A stretch of DNA of 64,000 bases from Podarcis vaucheri. Taxonomy: Eukaryota. The stretch lies in the NCBI GenBank assembly GCA_965113315.1, contig OZ220363.1, one strand, 5' to 3'. The notes under the pieces are model-generated. The model searched no databases. It saw only the letters and a program-made list of their open reading frames with translations, and was not told the DNA's origin. Position 1 is the stretch's first letter; each line of letters starts with the position of its first letter. Below, one piece after another: positions 24,418 through 36,722 of the stretch. A program made the position numbers and the translations under genes.

Positions 24418-26111
24418 AGTATTCTTTGTAACCGTTTCAATTGGTCTTTCCAACAATTGTTAATGCTGCTGCCTTTATTGCTTTTGGTTAGTTTGGAACA
24501 TTGTATTTATTGCGTTTTTAAGCAATCAAGAAAGGGAAGGTTTCAAGGCCTTTCCACATGTTCCCTCTGAGCACCAAACCAGACTTGATAAATGTGTGTG
24601 TGTTTAACATGCTGTTTTCTTTTTTTAAAAAAAAATGCAAACTGCATCAGCTGGAGGGGGTTATAATTAGCAGGATCAGAGCAGGCAGGTACCAGGTGGA
24701 TTTAACCTTTTTCTCCCATACAGCAGTCCTGAGAAAAATCCCTTTTCTGAAGCTGGCATTTATTTAGTGAAGAAATTCCCCAATTGTGCCCACAAGTCCC
24801 TTTTCAATTACAAAAATATCCCACCTGAATTTATTCAATGGGTGGTGTGAAGGTAAGGCAGAATAGCTGTTTGTCATGTATATTAACCTTTAAGGTACTG
24901 TTGTACCTATCAGCCTACTTGTGGACAAATCTTACAAAAACGGGAAAATATCTTTATCCTTTTATATCGTTTAAGCTCTGTATAGTGTCCCTTTCTATCC
25001 TTTGACTTGACACAAAAATGAATGTTTTGTAGCAGCTACCATACCTTGGAAGTCCTCAGCTAAAAGCAATTCTGAGGTTTTAAGTGTGTTGTTTCAGACA
25101 GCTCCGTTCTACTTGAAAACCGTTCTCCTCTAGTTATTGTCTAGCCTTTGAATTCAGAGTTGGCAAACTGGTCGCTTTATGTCTTTGAGGCATATGGAAA
25201 TTGATGATGAAAGTGTCTAGTGTAACTCGAAATATAATTTGATGAAAACTGAAGCAGTGAACTGTGAGAAACTGCTAAATCAGTGTCATCAAACAGTGCT
25301 TGAAAAAATAATGAAACAGAAATACTACCAGTACATTTGAAGAATGCCGGGCAAAGACTGTGAAATAACATGGCAAATGCAAAAATTAGGGGAATGTATA
25401 ACATCTATTTTTAAACAAATTCCAGTCACTCTTCTGCAAAGAAAGCACAACATAAAATTCCATTCCATGTGACATCACAACTTGAGTAAATTATTGAGAC
25501 CCAAAGCCTGACACCAGTTATTTACAAGGAACTCCATATTTGGCCCTGGCACTGCCTAATGAGAACACATTGTAAGTACCGTACTTGTTCACATTCTGGC
25601 AATGCATCTAGTCTTTCAGGGAAAATAAAGAAATCAAAACAAACCATGCACTACAGCTTAAGAAAAACAATGCATGCAACAGTGAAACTCCAGCAATTAA
25701 AAGATGCCACCTTTCTAGGAGTTAGCAGATCATGAAGCAATTGTGGTAACTTTTTATGCTGAGATAGAGACCGCAGTAAGCAGCCTGGGAGACTACATTG
25801 TTTTTGTTTCTGGATGGTGTCAAGAATGACTGTAACTATCCACAAAACTAAAAGCAAGGAATTATGGCCATTTTGTTGTTGTTGTATACTTGTTTACATT
25901 AGTAAAAATCACAAAAGTTACTTGATTTTAAAGATCCTGCTCTGCTGTATCAAGGATCAGTCGGCAACATGCCTCAAGAAAGAATTATAAGCCTGTGTTT
26001 TCTAAGATATACCACAAAATGTTTTCCAGTAGAGAGACACAGACAGCTGGAAGAATTTGAGCTCTGGTTTTTATGTCAGTGCTACACCTAATGCAAAGAG
26101 AATGCTAGGTA

Positions 26112-26342
26112 CAGTGGTATCTCTGGTTCCGAACTTAATTCGTTCCGGAGGTCCGTTCTTAACCTGAAACTGTTCTTAACCTGAGGTTCCACTTTAGCTA
26201 ATGGGGCCTCCCGCTGCTGCCGTGCGATTTCTGTTCTCATCCTAAGGTAAAGTTCTTAACCTGAGGTACTACTTCCAGGTTAGCGGAGTCTGAAACCTGA
26301 AGTGTTTGTAACCCAAGGTGTTTGTAACCTGAGGTACAACTG
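26112..26342. mobile_element. Tc1/mariner MITE, family B
   Basis: TA-CAGTGGTATCTCTGGTT ... AACCTGAGGTACAACTG-TA. Confidence 0.9.
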
Positions 26343-26784
26343 TATGTTATTTCATTGTTGTTTGTTTCATAATGCAGTAAATAAAAAAAAGCTCTTTCAC
26401 ACTTAAGAAAGTAGCCCTATTATATAAACAACAGGAAAAACCCTTAGCACTGGTTGAATTACTAAATTACCACCTTTTGTATAAAGTAAAAACCACACAA
26501 TTATAAGTAACATATAAGTAACAATCCCCTTTTTTCCATTTTCTTTGCTTTCCTTCTCTATTCTTTTCTTTTTTGGTCAAGGAGGGCAGGATGAAATCCA
26601 GCCACACCTAAAGCTCTGAGATGGAAATGGCAGGAAACAGCCCATTTTTGTAGGCTGCAAGAGAAGGTAGTGCTGAGAGGCAGCAGTGAGAGGCAAGGAA
26701 GGGAAGATAAGCAGGAAGGGAAGCTACTAAATGGCAAGATAAGTGGGGAAAGAAACTAGTGGGTGGCAGGCCAGCAGTAAATTA

Positions 26785-27043
26785 CCGTATTTTTTGCTCT
26801 ATAAGACTCACTTTTTCCCTCCTAAAAAGTAAGGGGAAATGTGTGGGCATCTTATGGAGTGAATGCAGGCTGCGCAGCTATCCCAGAAGCCAGAACAGCA
26901 AGAGGGATTGCTGCTTCACTGCGCAGCAATCTCTCTTGCTGTTCTGGCTTCTGGGATTCAGAATATTTTTTCCCCTTGTTTTCCTCCTCCAAAAACTAGG
27001 TGCGTCTTGTGGTCTGGTGCGTCTTATAGAGCGAAAAATACGG
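26785..27043. mobile_element. Tc1/mariner (Tc2/pogo-like, CCGTA termini) MITE
   Basis: TA-CCGTATTTTTTGCTCTATAAGAC ... GTCTTATAGAGCGAAAAATACGG-TA; strong internal hairpin at ~26881-26957. Confidence 0.9.
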
Positions 27044-27364
27044 TAGCTGCAGGATGGTAGCAGCAAATTCAGCAGGGGGCAGTCAGTGGGCTGCAGAGGA
27101 TATGGAGACGGGCTCCATGTGGCCTGCAAGCCACAGGTTGGCCGCTTGCTAAGTAAACCATTAAACAACCCTGGTAAGCAAGTTTTTACTGTGTTTTGAA
27201 GAAAGCAATTTTAGAGAACATGTTTTGCATCCAACAGCACAGTTATTTCCGTAGCAGCATTTTGGCAAATCCAATGGCATAAAAAGAAATTAGGTGACAA
27301 AGCAAAGGGAATCCCTGCACCAGACTTAAGCTGATTCATGAATTAGTTCTTCTCTTGGGAATCA

Positions 27365-28050
27365 TGAGAATAGTACTTTATGGCCTGCTGGTTCAGGCTA
27401 AAGGCCCATGTAGTTCAACATCCTGTTCTCACAGTGGCCAACCAAGCTCACAAGCAGAACATGAGCACAACAGCCCTCTTGCCATTCATGCTCCTTAGCA
27501 ACTGATATTCAGAGGCATTGCAACCTCTTACACTGGAGGTAGTGCACCATGCCTAGTAGCCACTGGTAGACTTGTCCTCCATAAATTTGTCTAACCCCCT
27601 TTTAAAGCCATCCAAGTTGGTGACAATTACTTCTTCCCATGGTAGCAAATTTCACAGTTTTAACGTTCATTTATTTAAGGCATTTATATACTGTTTAATT
27701 AATATTTCTAACCCTCCCCCCGAGCAATTAGGTGTCATCAGCAAACTTGGCCATCTCACAGCTCACCCTTAATCCTTAACCCTAGTCATTTATGACCAGG
27801 TTTAAAAGCACTAATCATTGGGGGACCCCACCTTACAACTCTGTCTTGTTGTCCCATGACTTTATCAAAAGCTTTTTTTGAAAGTTCAAGAGCAATCTCT
27901 CCTGGATCACCCCTTCCCATATGCTTTTGGAAACTCTAAAAATCAGGATTTACCTTTGAGGAAACTGTGCTGGTTTTCCTTTAGCAAAACTTGTTCTTCT
28001 TCTATTAATTCTGTCTTTAATAATGCTTTCCACCAGTTTTCCTGGACCAG
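27365..28050 (-). mobile_element. Old CR1 LINE fragments
   Basis: GGCCTGCTGGTTCAGGCTAAAGGCCCATGTAGTTCAACATCCTG (CR1 3' end) and GTCATCAGCAAACTT (KFADD in reverse), ATCAAAAGCTTT (KAFD in reverse); heavily deleted. Confidence 0.65.
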
Positions 28051-28637
28051 ATATTATGCTAACCAGCTTCTAAATTCCCATTTTTTTCTAATTATCAGCA
28101 CCCTCACCAAACAAAGACTAAGTATGGGTGTTACAAAATTAATATATGTAGCATATAGATATTTACAGAGAATGTGAACAAAGGTTCAGATTGAAAATTG
28201 AGGCACATATGAAATGTTTGGATTCACACTGCCAATATGCAAGCTATATAATGTTCAGGTGTGTCACTGGTGGAGAATTTTATCTAAATGTTTCAGGTGG
28301 TGTCTCCAAGTATATCCATGTGAGTAAGGTTGTTTAACAAATTTCAGAGCTATGGATCGCTTTAAAGCCACAGTATCTATTCTTAAGAGTGCTATAGCAT
28401 TGCTGCAGTGCTTTCAACAATCTGAACAACCTGTATTCTACAATATTTCTCTTACGTTCTATATACAAAATCTGTGGATGACTTCCATAGTTATGGGCAG
28501 TACCGACGTCTACAGATTTTAATTAGTTTTTGGTTTTTAATTAGTGTTATTTAAATAAAAATACAGCAGCAGCACCTTGTTGCCCCTCTGGGGAGAGGAT
28601 GGAACTGTATAAAAAGTTATGACAGTTGGTGTTCATG

Positions 28638-30757
28638 AGACTTCCGGGTTAGCGCCTCTGGCAATGGCAGATTTCCTCTCTGTGGAAATCAGGGTCTGGA
28701 CCACCACGGCGAGGCGGAGACCTACCAAAAACCACAGGCGGGAGAAGCCTGTGGACGTGGGATTCGGCTGGCACCTTTTGCGCCTCCCCTACTCATGTGG
28801 AAACCTGGTTTCGGGGATCTGGAGCGATGTGGGGTGAGCGGCGCGGTGCTTCAAATCGACTGCTTCTTTCACGGAGTGAAGCCGCATTGCTGTTGCCAGA
28901 GAGCGCTGACTTTTTCCTGTGGACAATTGGACTCTAAACAACTACCCGTGAGTAGAACGGAAAATTGGATCTCTAAACGTCTTAATTTGGCATCGAAACC
29001 GGAAGGCTTCAAACAGGAAGCCCGCCTTCCTCTTTTGTAAATAGATTGAAGCAAAGACGTTGCAAGCTAAAGCCTGGAAAGTCTTTTGTAAAGGATTAAA
29101 TCTCCATCGGTTAAAATTACTAAACCCCCCTTGGAAGCAGGAGAAGAGGGGGGAAATTCTAGATCGTTTAAGCCTGCAGGAGAGAGAGTGAAGAAAGATA
29201 AATCACCACCGTTTCGAACCTGGGAACGGGCTGCCAGTAAGATTGACGTTTTGGGAAAGTTCATTGACTGTGAATAAAACGTATGTTGACAGATAGTTAA
29301 ATAAGAGAAATATATTGTTTCCACTGCTTCCTTTTGCACTTAAAAAGGAGCAAAAAAAAAAAAAAGGAACTGAAAATTGAAACTAACTCTGTCGCTGGAT
29401 CTGCGTTTAAAAGGATGGATACAAATAGAAATTGTTTCCCCTAGAGGGAGCTTTTGAAACTGTTGCAGGAGTGGAGCTAGGGAATTTTCCAGCTGTAGAG
29501 ATTAAAGAGCGTGAGAATCAGAGTCTGACATTGGACAAGAATGTTGACAGAAGAAGCCTTAGTGATTGCATTTTGCAAGACAAGTGCTTTATTGGAACAG
29601 CTTCATGAGAAGATGGATGTGATGATTATTAAAATTGACAATTCAGGACAAAAAATGACTGAGTTGGGACAAAAAGGGAATACCTATACAGAAATTACTC
29701 AGGAATTGACCCAGGAATCTGTTTTGACATGGCAAGCTGTGGAGAAGTCGAAGGAGAAAGTTGTTGTTGAACCTCAAGTAATTCAAGTGGAGAGAGCCCC
29801 GGCCTCACAGAGGCAATTTGATGAACATAAGCTGTTGCCTTTTACGATCGAATCTAGAGAAAGCCAGATTTGGTGGGATGGAGCCCCACTTGGATTGGAG
29901 AAGGAAAGTTGGATAGATCCTCCTATGCAGGGATGCTCTGGCCTTTGGGATCTGGATTTGGGTCAGGGGGAGATTGGTGCTCTGAAATATCTTTTGGACT
30001 TTAGTTCTGACTATGGAGAATGGGCTGACCTGTCGAGAAGGAATAAAGACATTGTTAGGTTGGAGTTTCCCCGAGATCTACTCCTCAGTGCCAAAGGAAG
30101 GAAATTAAGAACAAGATCAGCAGAAGATAAAGTAAAGTGCATGTATAAATATGAAGAAGATCTGCAGAAGGGACATGGAAAAGAATTAAGAGCCTCGGAC
30201 AGAAGGTCACCAGGTTGATGGACTATATGGTATTGATAGAAAGGACTGACAGAACCCGAGACCAGGGAGAAGAGACGGTGGAGGAAGATTGAAAAAAAGT
30301 TTTAAAAAATTATTTAGAGAAATGTTGCAAAATTAATGAGTGATAGGAAAATGTTGGAATGAAATTATATGGCTTTAGTAGAAATGTTATAAGGAGTTAA
30401 GTATAAATAAGTTTTAGGATTTTGATGGTAAGATAAGGTTAAAATAAATTAAGATAATTAAATGATAGAAAGCAGTGAAAGATGGAAAGGATTTCCTGAA
30501 ATAATTAATAACTAGAACACAAAAAGGGAGGTGTGAGGAGGTCGATGAAACAAGTTAATGAAAGATAAAGATATGGAAATAATGGATGTGTTTTTAACTG
30601 TTTTTGCTTTTCTTTTTGTTTTGATGTATTGTGTCTTTTGCTTTTTTATATGTATTGTAATGTATTGATTTGTACTGTTTATTTTTTCTCTTTCTTTTTT
30701 TCTTTTTTTTTCTTTTTTCAATTCCTAAACTTTTAATAATTTTTTTTTAAAAAAAAA
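28638..30757 (+). mobile_element. Complete non-autonomous L1-derived retroelement (HAL1-like/bipartite), 2.1 kb
   Basis: Perfect 17-bp TSD GACAGTTGGTGTTCATG (28621-28637 / 30758-30774); CpG-rich 5' end starting GACTTCCGG; ORF 29541-30218; decayed L1 ORF2 C-terminus at ~30210-30345; T-rich 3'UTR and A tail; no endonuclease or RT motifs. Confidence 0.85.
29541..30218 (+). CDS. 225-aa ORF in the L1 derivative; N-terminus coiled-coil-like, probably ORF1-derived
   Basis: ATG-initiated uninterrupted ORF; heptad-like LLEQLHEKMDVMIIKIDNSGQKMTEL; position immediately after the 5'UTR as for L1 ORF1; homology not verified. Confidence 0.4.
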   Translation: MLTEEALVIAFCKTSALLEQLHEKMDVMIIKIDNSGQKMTELGQKGNTYTEITQELTQESVLTWQAVEKSKEKVVVEPQVIQVERAPASQRQFDEHKLLPFTIESRESQIWWDGAPLGLEKESWIDPPMQGCSGLWDLDLGQGEIGALKYLLDFSSDYGEWADLSRRNKDIVRLEFPRDLLLSAKGRKLRTRSAEDKVKCMYKYEEDLQKGHGKELRASDRRSPG

Positions 30758-31109
30758 GACAGTTGGTGTTCATGCTCAGCATGGATCAGATAGACTATTC
30801 AGAGGTATATTTTTTGAGCTGTGTCAGTGCCAGCTAGATTTCTTCAGTGCCTTGTGGCCCCTTTTGACACTAAGCAAGGTTAAGTAGACACAACTAGAAC
30901 AAAGAAAGAAAGGAGAAAAATGAACCCAATGCGAATAAGGATTCTAATAAATACTTTTCCTTGATAGCCTAAGCAATACCAAATTCTTTATTTCAAAATA
31001 ATATATTGAATAATATAATAAATCCATAAAGACGATGAATTATTTTTGTATTCATAAAGCAGCACAGAAACTAGGAAATGCACAAGGAAAGGTTCTAATA
31101 AAAATACAG

Positions 31110-31232
31110 ATAACAGACAGGAGAACTTGTGGACCCTAACTCCCATCAGCCTCAGCCAGCACGGTCAGTGGTCAGGGATATTGGGAGTCATAGTCCAACA
31201 ACATCTAGAGGGCCACCACTTTCCCATTCCCT
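31110..31232. mobile_element. Degenerate hAT MITE
   Basis: GGAGAACTTGTGG..AACTCCCATCAGCC..GGGAGTCATAGTCCAACAACATCTAGAGGGCCAC..TTCCCATTCCCT semi-palindromic structure. Confidence 0.55.
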
Positions 31233-31641
31233 TTTATTCCAGAATCCTATCTGCAGCAAGATGGAAGGGGGAAGGGGGAGATCCAGCTGAATAAAAATTC
31301 AAAGATTTGAAATTCCTGAAGGTCATAAATGTGCTATGGCAGGCAAGTGCCAAAGGTAGTCTCGTCCAGTAACCTGTTTTGGTTGTCACTTATTCATGGA
31401 TGTGTGGGAATAATTTCCATTGAAACATTAAGCAATAGAAAGTTCTGTTCTGCCTGCCACTCCTTCCAAAGTCATGAAGAGACTGCTGCTATTATAAATT
31501 TGGACCTGGGGAATGTTTGGGCATCCCTTTATTTAACATTCATAGATACCTACAACGTCCTGGGTCTTGGTAACACACTTTAAACAAATATGTACAACTT
31601 CCACAGAGTTGGAAGATAACTAATGGATCAGCTAACCCAAT

Positions 31642-31860
31642 ATTATTTATTTATTTATTCATTCATTCATTCATTCATTCATTTATTCATTCATACCCCA
31701 CCCATCTAGCTGGGTCTCCCCAGCCACTCTGGGTGGCTCCCAACAGAATATTAAAACACGACAAAACATTAAACATTAAAAACTTTCCTAAGCAGGGCTG
31801 CCTTCAGATATCTTCAGATAAAAGTCAGGTAGTTGTTTATTTCCTTGACATCTGATGGGA
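31642..31860 (-). mobile_element. 5'-truncated copy of the L2 family at 39.7-43.4 kb
   Basis: Reverse complement matches 43165-43340 (CCATCAGATGTCAAGGAAATAAACAACTAC..GAAGGCAGCCCTG..CCCAGAGTGGCTGGGGAGACCCAGCTAGATGGG); tail (TTTA/TTCA)n. Confidence 0.85.
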
Positions 31861-32970
31861 TATGGTTGTGTCTGTGTGTAGATATATAGCTATATCTGCA
31901 GATAGCACTGCAGGGGATCACAAAATATGGCATTTTGCCTACTTTATCAGAATAATCATGTGAGACTAAAACACTTATTTGTAGAATAAAGATTGGGGGG
32001 GGGAGCTGCTATAACCAGTATAGCCCAAACAGATGTGTCTTAAATCATTAGAACCTAAATGAGATATAATGATGGGTTGCTAGATCTTTTGTGTTAAGGT
32101 TGGGAAGATATCAACCATAGGTTTTCTAAGCACACAAGGCTCTTTTGCAGCTGTAGCTTGAATATCACTGATTGCACTGGAAAGGGCATACAGTACTATT
32201 ATGCAGGGGGAGGATTTGATCTACTATCTGCATCTCACGAGAATTTCATAAATACTACCATTAAAGGAGATTTTGCTAAGATAACTGTAGAACAAAAAAA
32301 GCGGGCACATTTTGGCATTTTTTTGCAATGAGTTCAGTAGACCAATGGCACGACATACAAACTGTTCTGTTTCAATAGAATTTTTATCTTTTTGTCTTTG
32401 TTTTACCAGGTTTTAGAAAGTGATGCACAACTCAATTGCAATGAAAGTTACCCATGCTGAAATCTTTATTTACCCTATGACTTCAGTTGTTGCAATTTGA
32501 TTGTTTCATTTCCATAAAAACACATTCGTTTTAGAATTAAAAGAGTGCTATTGATATCATTAAAACTGATGCATTTACCCAGCCGCAATCCAGCTCCACT
32601 TACCTGGGAGTAAGCCCCATTGAATTCAGTGGGACTTCCTTTTGAGTTGACATGGTTAGGATTGAACAAAATAGGGATGTGAACAAAGAAACATAGGAAG
32701 CTGTCTTATATTGAGTCAGCAGCTCTCCAGCTTTCCAGACAGGGGTTTCTCCAAAACTTACCTGAACATGGGACCTTCAGCATGCAAAAATATGCTCTGT
32801 CTAAAAACTATATGAAGAAACAGCTCAACAGTATTCTTGCAGTGGCCTGGATTCATTGACCTGGGCAAGTGTTGTTTATTTTTATATTTCAAAAAATATC
32901 AAATGCTGGGGAAAAAATCATTTCCAAAGCTTCTGCTAAGTATAATCAGTCAGTATTGGGCCAGAATGAT

Positions 32971-33077
32971 GTTGTTGTTTAGTCGTTTAGTCATGTCCGA
33001 CACTTTGTGACCCCATGGACCAGAGCACGCCAGGTACTTCTGTCTTCCACTGCCTCCTGCAGTTTGGTCAAACTCAT
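32971..33077 (-). mobile_element. Bov-B (RTE clade) LINE 3' end, severely 5'-truncated
   Basis: Minus strand ...TCCATGGGGTCACAAAGTGTCGGACATGACTAAACGACTAAACAACAAC; 11-bp TSD GCCAGAATGAT (32960-32970 / 33078-33088). Confidence 0.88.
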
Positions 33078-33281
33078 GCCAGAATGATAGTTGGGCTCAT
33101 ATTATTAACTCCTCCGCCCATTCCTTCTAAAACCAAAGAAATTTCAGCTTTTGGAAGTATCTGCAGTTCAATGCCAAAAGCCAACTGGAGTCCAGCTATG
33201 CAATCAGCAATCGTACAATTCGTTAAACCAAGAAGAGCATGCGGCTGCTGAAAAAGCAAAGCGGCCATGTGTTCAAAAGAA

Positions 33282-33429
33282 CCTGGGATAACTCAGTCAG
33301 TGGAGCATGAGCCTCTTAATCTCACGTTCATGAGTTTGAGCCCCACATTGGACAAAAGATTTCTGCATTGCAGGGGTGGGACTAAATTATTCTCACGGTC
33401 CCTTCCAACTCTACAGTTCTATGATTCTA
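33282..33429 (+). mobile_element. tRNA(Lys)-derived SINE with CR1 3' tail (Squam2-like)
   Basis: Head GGATAACTCAGTCAGTGGAGCATGAGCCTCTTAATCTCA..GAGTTTGAGCCCCACATTGG; tail CCCTTCCAACTCTACAGTTCTATGATTCTA. Confidence 0.85.
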
Positions 33430-35635
33430 AGAGAGTTTTGTACAGGCTCTGTAGAACGGAAGCCAGGGCTGTAATCTTTAGATGGCTTTATTATCCTCTC
33501 CCAATTCATGTATTTGTGTACAGAGGACAGACAATCATGTCACCTAGACACAATCATGTTTTATTAATTAGGCAAGCCTTCATTTTTAATAACCCATTTC
33601 TCCATATTCATTATGCTATTATCATGTGGTATTTATTTAACGCAATGGTGTGACAAGTGCTACCTTCTAAATATTCCCTGGTGGTTGTTTTTAATGAATA
33701 TTAGACCATTTTACATTTGGTTCTACCTGGCAGAGGTCATTACAAAGTTTTTTTTTCCTTTTCTTTTTTGAAGTAAAACCCTGAAAGCAATAGATGTAGT
33801 TTGCCCAGTAGATTAATACTGAGCTGTGAACTTTTATCCTCTGCAGCAAGATTTCCATCCAACTGACACAGAAGTGACATGCAGCAACACTTACAACCAG
33901 GGGGATCCAATTTAGACAGAGTTCAAATGGTTTCAAGCCACTCGTAGGTCACAGAGGTAAAGTATGCATAAGAGAGAGCTGGCTTTAATCAGTGGGCTTT
34001 CAGTAATGTCATACCAGAAATGATGGACCACATTGAAAATGAGCGGGATGTCAGATGGGAGAATTAAACCCCTGACTATAGTTAAATACCCCGAGTCCTA
34101 ACAGCATTTACATAGAGATTTCCACATGTGCACAGATAAGATTTTATTCTGCAGGACAAAGGAGCTGGGAACAGAATCATAACCAAAGCAGGTAGATTCC
34201 TTATTGAAACTGCCTGAATTTATTTCTGTTAATACTAGTTGTGCTGTACCTATGTGAATAAATCTTGCAAATGGAGAGATTACACAGCTACATATTCCCG
34301 GGCTCTTTTAACCATCTATGGCAGGTTTTGTTTCCATTTTGGTCAGCCCATGATAAATTTTGAGGAAGTATTCAGGTACTCCACCTGCTCATGTGACCTC
34401 CAGTTACTTAAGTTGCTGATGCTTACCCGAATGGGAAAGGGGAGGGCAACACAGTGAGGAGGCTGCTTCCATACAAACAAGCCAGCAGGAGCACCAGATT
34501 GACTCTGCTGGTGTGTTTGCACTGCACTGGCCTTGCGCCACCTCCTCACCACCGAAAATGGCAGCAGTGCAACCAACCTGAGGTCAGGTGAGCAGCAGCA
34601 GCCTATCACTATTAGCTCCATTATGGGCCCAGCTTACAAGTGAGCATGCTACTGAAAATGTTTCAGAAATTAGGAATTGCATCCTTGATATCTATCTGTA
34701 CATTACTCTTGATACACGGATACCATTAAAAAGGGGGATCCCTGTTGCAAATTACTCACCCAGTTATAATGCGAATCAACTCTGTTACCAATTAGCGCAG
34801 CCGTTTTAAGTTTGCCTCAGAACGTTGACTCTCGAAAGCCCCATTTTATCTAGGAAAGAGAACTGAGCTGAGGCCTAGGGAGCGAGTACAAGATCATCCT
34901 TTAACATGTACAATAGGAGTGGTTCTCATATTAAGCAGAGAAGCGTGAAAACTCTGGAATATGCAGGCATTTTCCTCGGGACCTAGATTCTGATGTAATA
35001 AAGCCATTTAAGGCATGCCAATCAACTGATCATCCTAGAGACCTGGTGGAGGAAAGCCTGAGGCACTACAACAACTGGTAAATATTAGCATGCATTAGCA
35101 TCTAGTAAGGTTTGGAACTTTCATCTAAAATATGCATGTGGAACTCCTCTCACACTCCAACCACTTTGCACTCGTCACCCATGGTGAGAAAACTTAGATC
35201 CTATGACTGCTCTGGCTGCTCTTCTTCTCCTTTGATCTAGGAAAACTTCTCTCTGACATACGGGAACCTATATTTTTCTATATTTTGTTTTATTATGGTT
35301 TTAAAGGATGGTATTTATTTATTTTTGTAAGTCGCTTTGGCTTGCATTGGCAAAAAAAGTGAATAATAAGTTTTATATTCATTTTATTTTACTGGGTCAA
35401 ATTCAATGTAGTGCTAAGTCAGGGTCTTGACAGCACAAGGTTTATTTCTAATGCAATAGAATTCCCCCTCCCCTCCCCCACACCTCTTAAATCTGTTTTA
35501 CCTGTTTCCCAAAACCTCTGGAGTAAATCTGGGGAGCACATATAGGGTGTGTAGGTCCTGTGGTGCTAGCAGTAATCCTTACACTGATGGGACAAATTAG
35601 TCAAATACCTCTCATTATGTTTAATTTTATCGTTA

Positions 35636-35853
35636 CAGTGGTTAAGTACTTAATTCGTTCCGGAGGTCCGTTCTTAATCTGCAACTGTTCTTAACCTGAA
35701 GCACCACTTTAGCTAATGGGGGCCTCCTGCTGCCGCTGCACCGCCAGTGTGCGATTTCTGTTCTCATCCTGAAGCAAAGTTCTTAACCCAAGGTACTATT
35801 TCTGGGTTGGCAGAGTCTGTAACCTAAAGCGTATGTAACCTGAGGTACCACTG
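35636..35853. mobile_element. Tc1/mariner MITE, family B (left TIR partly deleted)
   Basis: TA-CAGTGGTTAAG ... AACCTGAGGTACCACTG-TA. Confidence 0.9.
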
Positions 35854-36112
35854 TACTTATGTTGGTGGGAGTAGCAGAGCATAACTCTGAAATCAGTCTA
35901 TAATCCAGCACAGTTCTTCTGGAGCAAAACTTGCTGAACCCAGTGAATATACATGCATAGGAGTGAACACATACAGAAGCAGGCTGGCAGGCTGCTGCAA
36001 GCTCATTTACTTGGAAGCAAGTCTTATTGAAACAATTGGAACTTATTTGCAAAAAATATACCTTAGGATGGGGGTGCCAGATACGCTTGCCCAAGCAGTA
36101 TTTAAAAACCCC

Positions 36113-36146
36113 ATCTGAAGAAGTGTGAATGCACACGAAAGCTTAT
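36113..36146 (+). ncRNA. Minimal type I hammerhead ribozyme motif (probably degenerate)
   Basis: CTGAAGA (36115-36121), extra A, stem II GTGTG-AATG-CACAC, GAAA (36137-36140), palindromic AGCT stem III, UH; stem I only 2 bp (AT/AT). Confidence 0.6.
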
Positions 36147-36213
36147 ACCCAGAATTAACTTAGTTGGTCTCTAAGGTGCTACTGGACAATTTTTAAATTT
36201 TTAAAATTTTTAT
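36113..36213 (+). mobile_element. Penelope-like element terminal-repeat fragment
   Basis: Hammerhead core followed by TTAGTTGGTCTCTAAGGTGCTACTGGAC and T-rich end; similar TTAAAA(A)CCCC flanks on both sides. Confidence 0.7.
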
Positions 36214-36722
36214 TAAAACCCCCAGTTACTTTACTTCCTCTCCTGGTTTGGCCATCACTTTCAATTTGCCTGATCAGTCCCCAACACATAACAGTTTAAA
36301 GGTATATTGTGATATGTCACCTAAACCTTGCTTCACTCCAAATAAACCTACATTGTTTTGCTCAACCTCGGTGGCCATGGAAACAATTGATCTCTTTGAA
36401 TTGAAGGTGGACTTTATCACAAGTGGGGGGAAATTGTGTCCGCTTTCTATTCTCGAGAGCAGAATGCCCCAAAAGCTTGCTGTTCTCTCCAAGTCACCAT
36501 CTCTGTTCCCTGCATTAGCTTCGTTAAACATATCAGTTGTCAATTGCTAATAAACATTCTATAAAGAGATCATCAGCTTTCCATCTGCTTCTTATGACTT
36601 CCAGAAAATTAGAAATAACCTGAACTTTAAGGGAGGTGGAGAATATTTCATAGGTCTCAAAAGGGACAGAATATAAAATCTAAACCATAAATGCTAAAGT
36701 TGGCATTAGCAAATGCTAAAGT

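Noticed and set aside
33282-33355. tRNA-Lys-like gene (also 61600-61670; tRNA-like heads at 8120-8195 and 24036-24115)
   Set aside because: Degenerate cloverleaf fused to LINE-derived tails, so these are SINE heads and not tRNA genes
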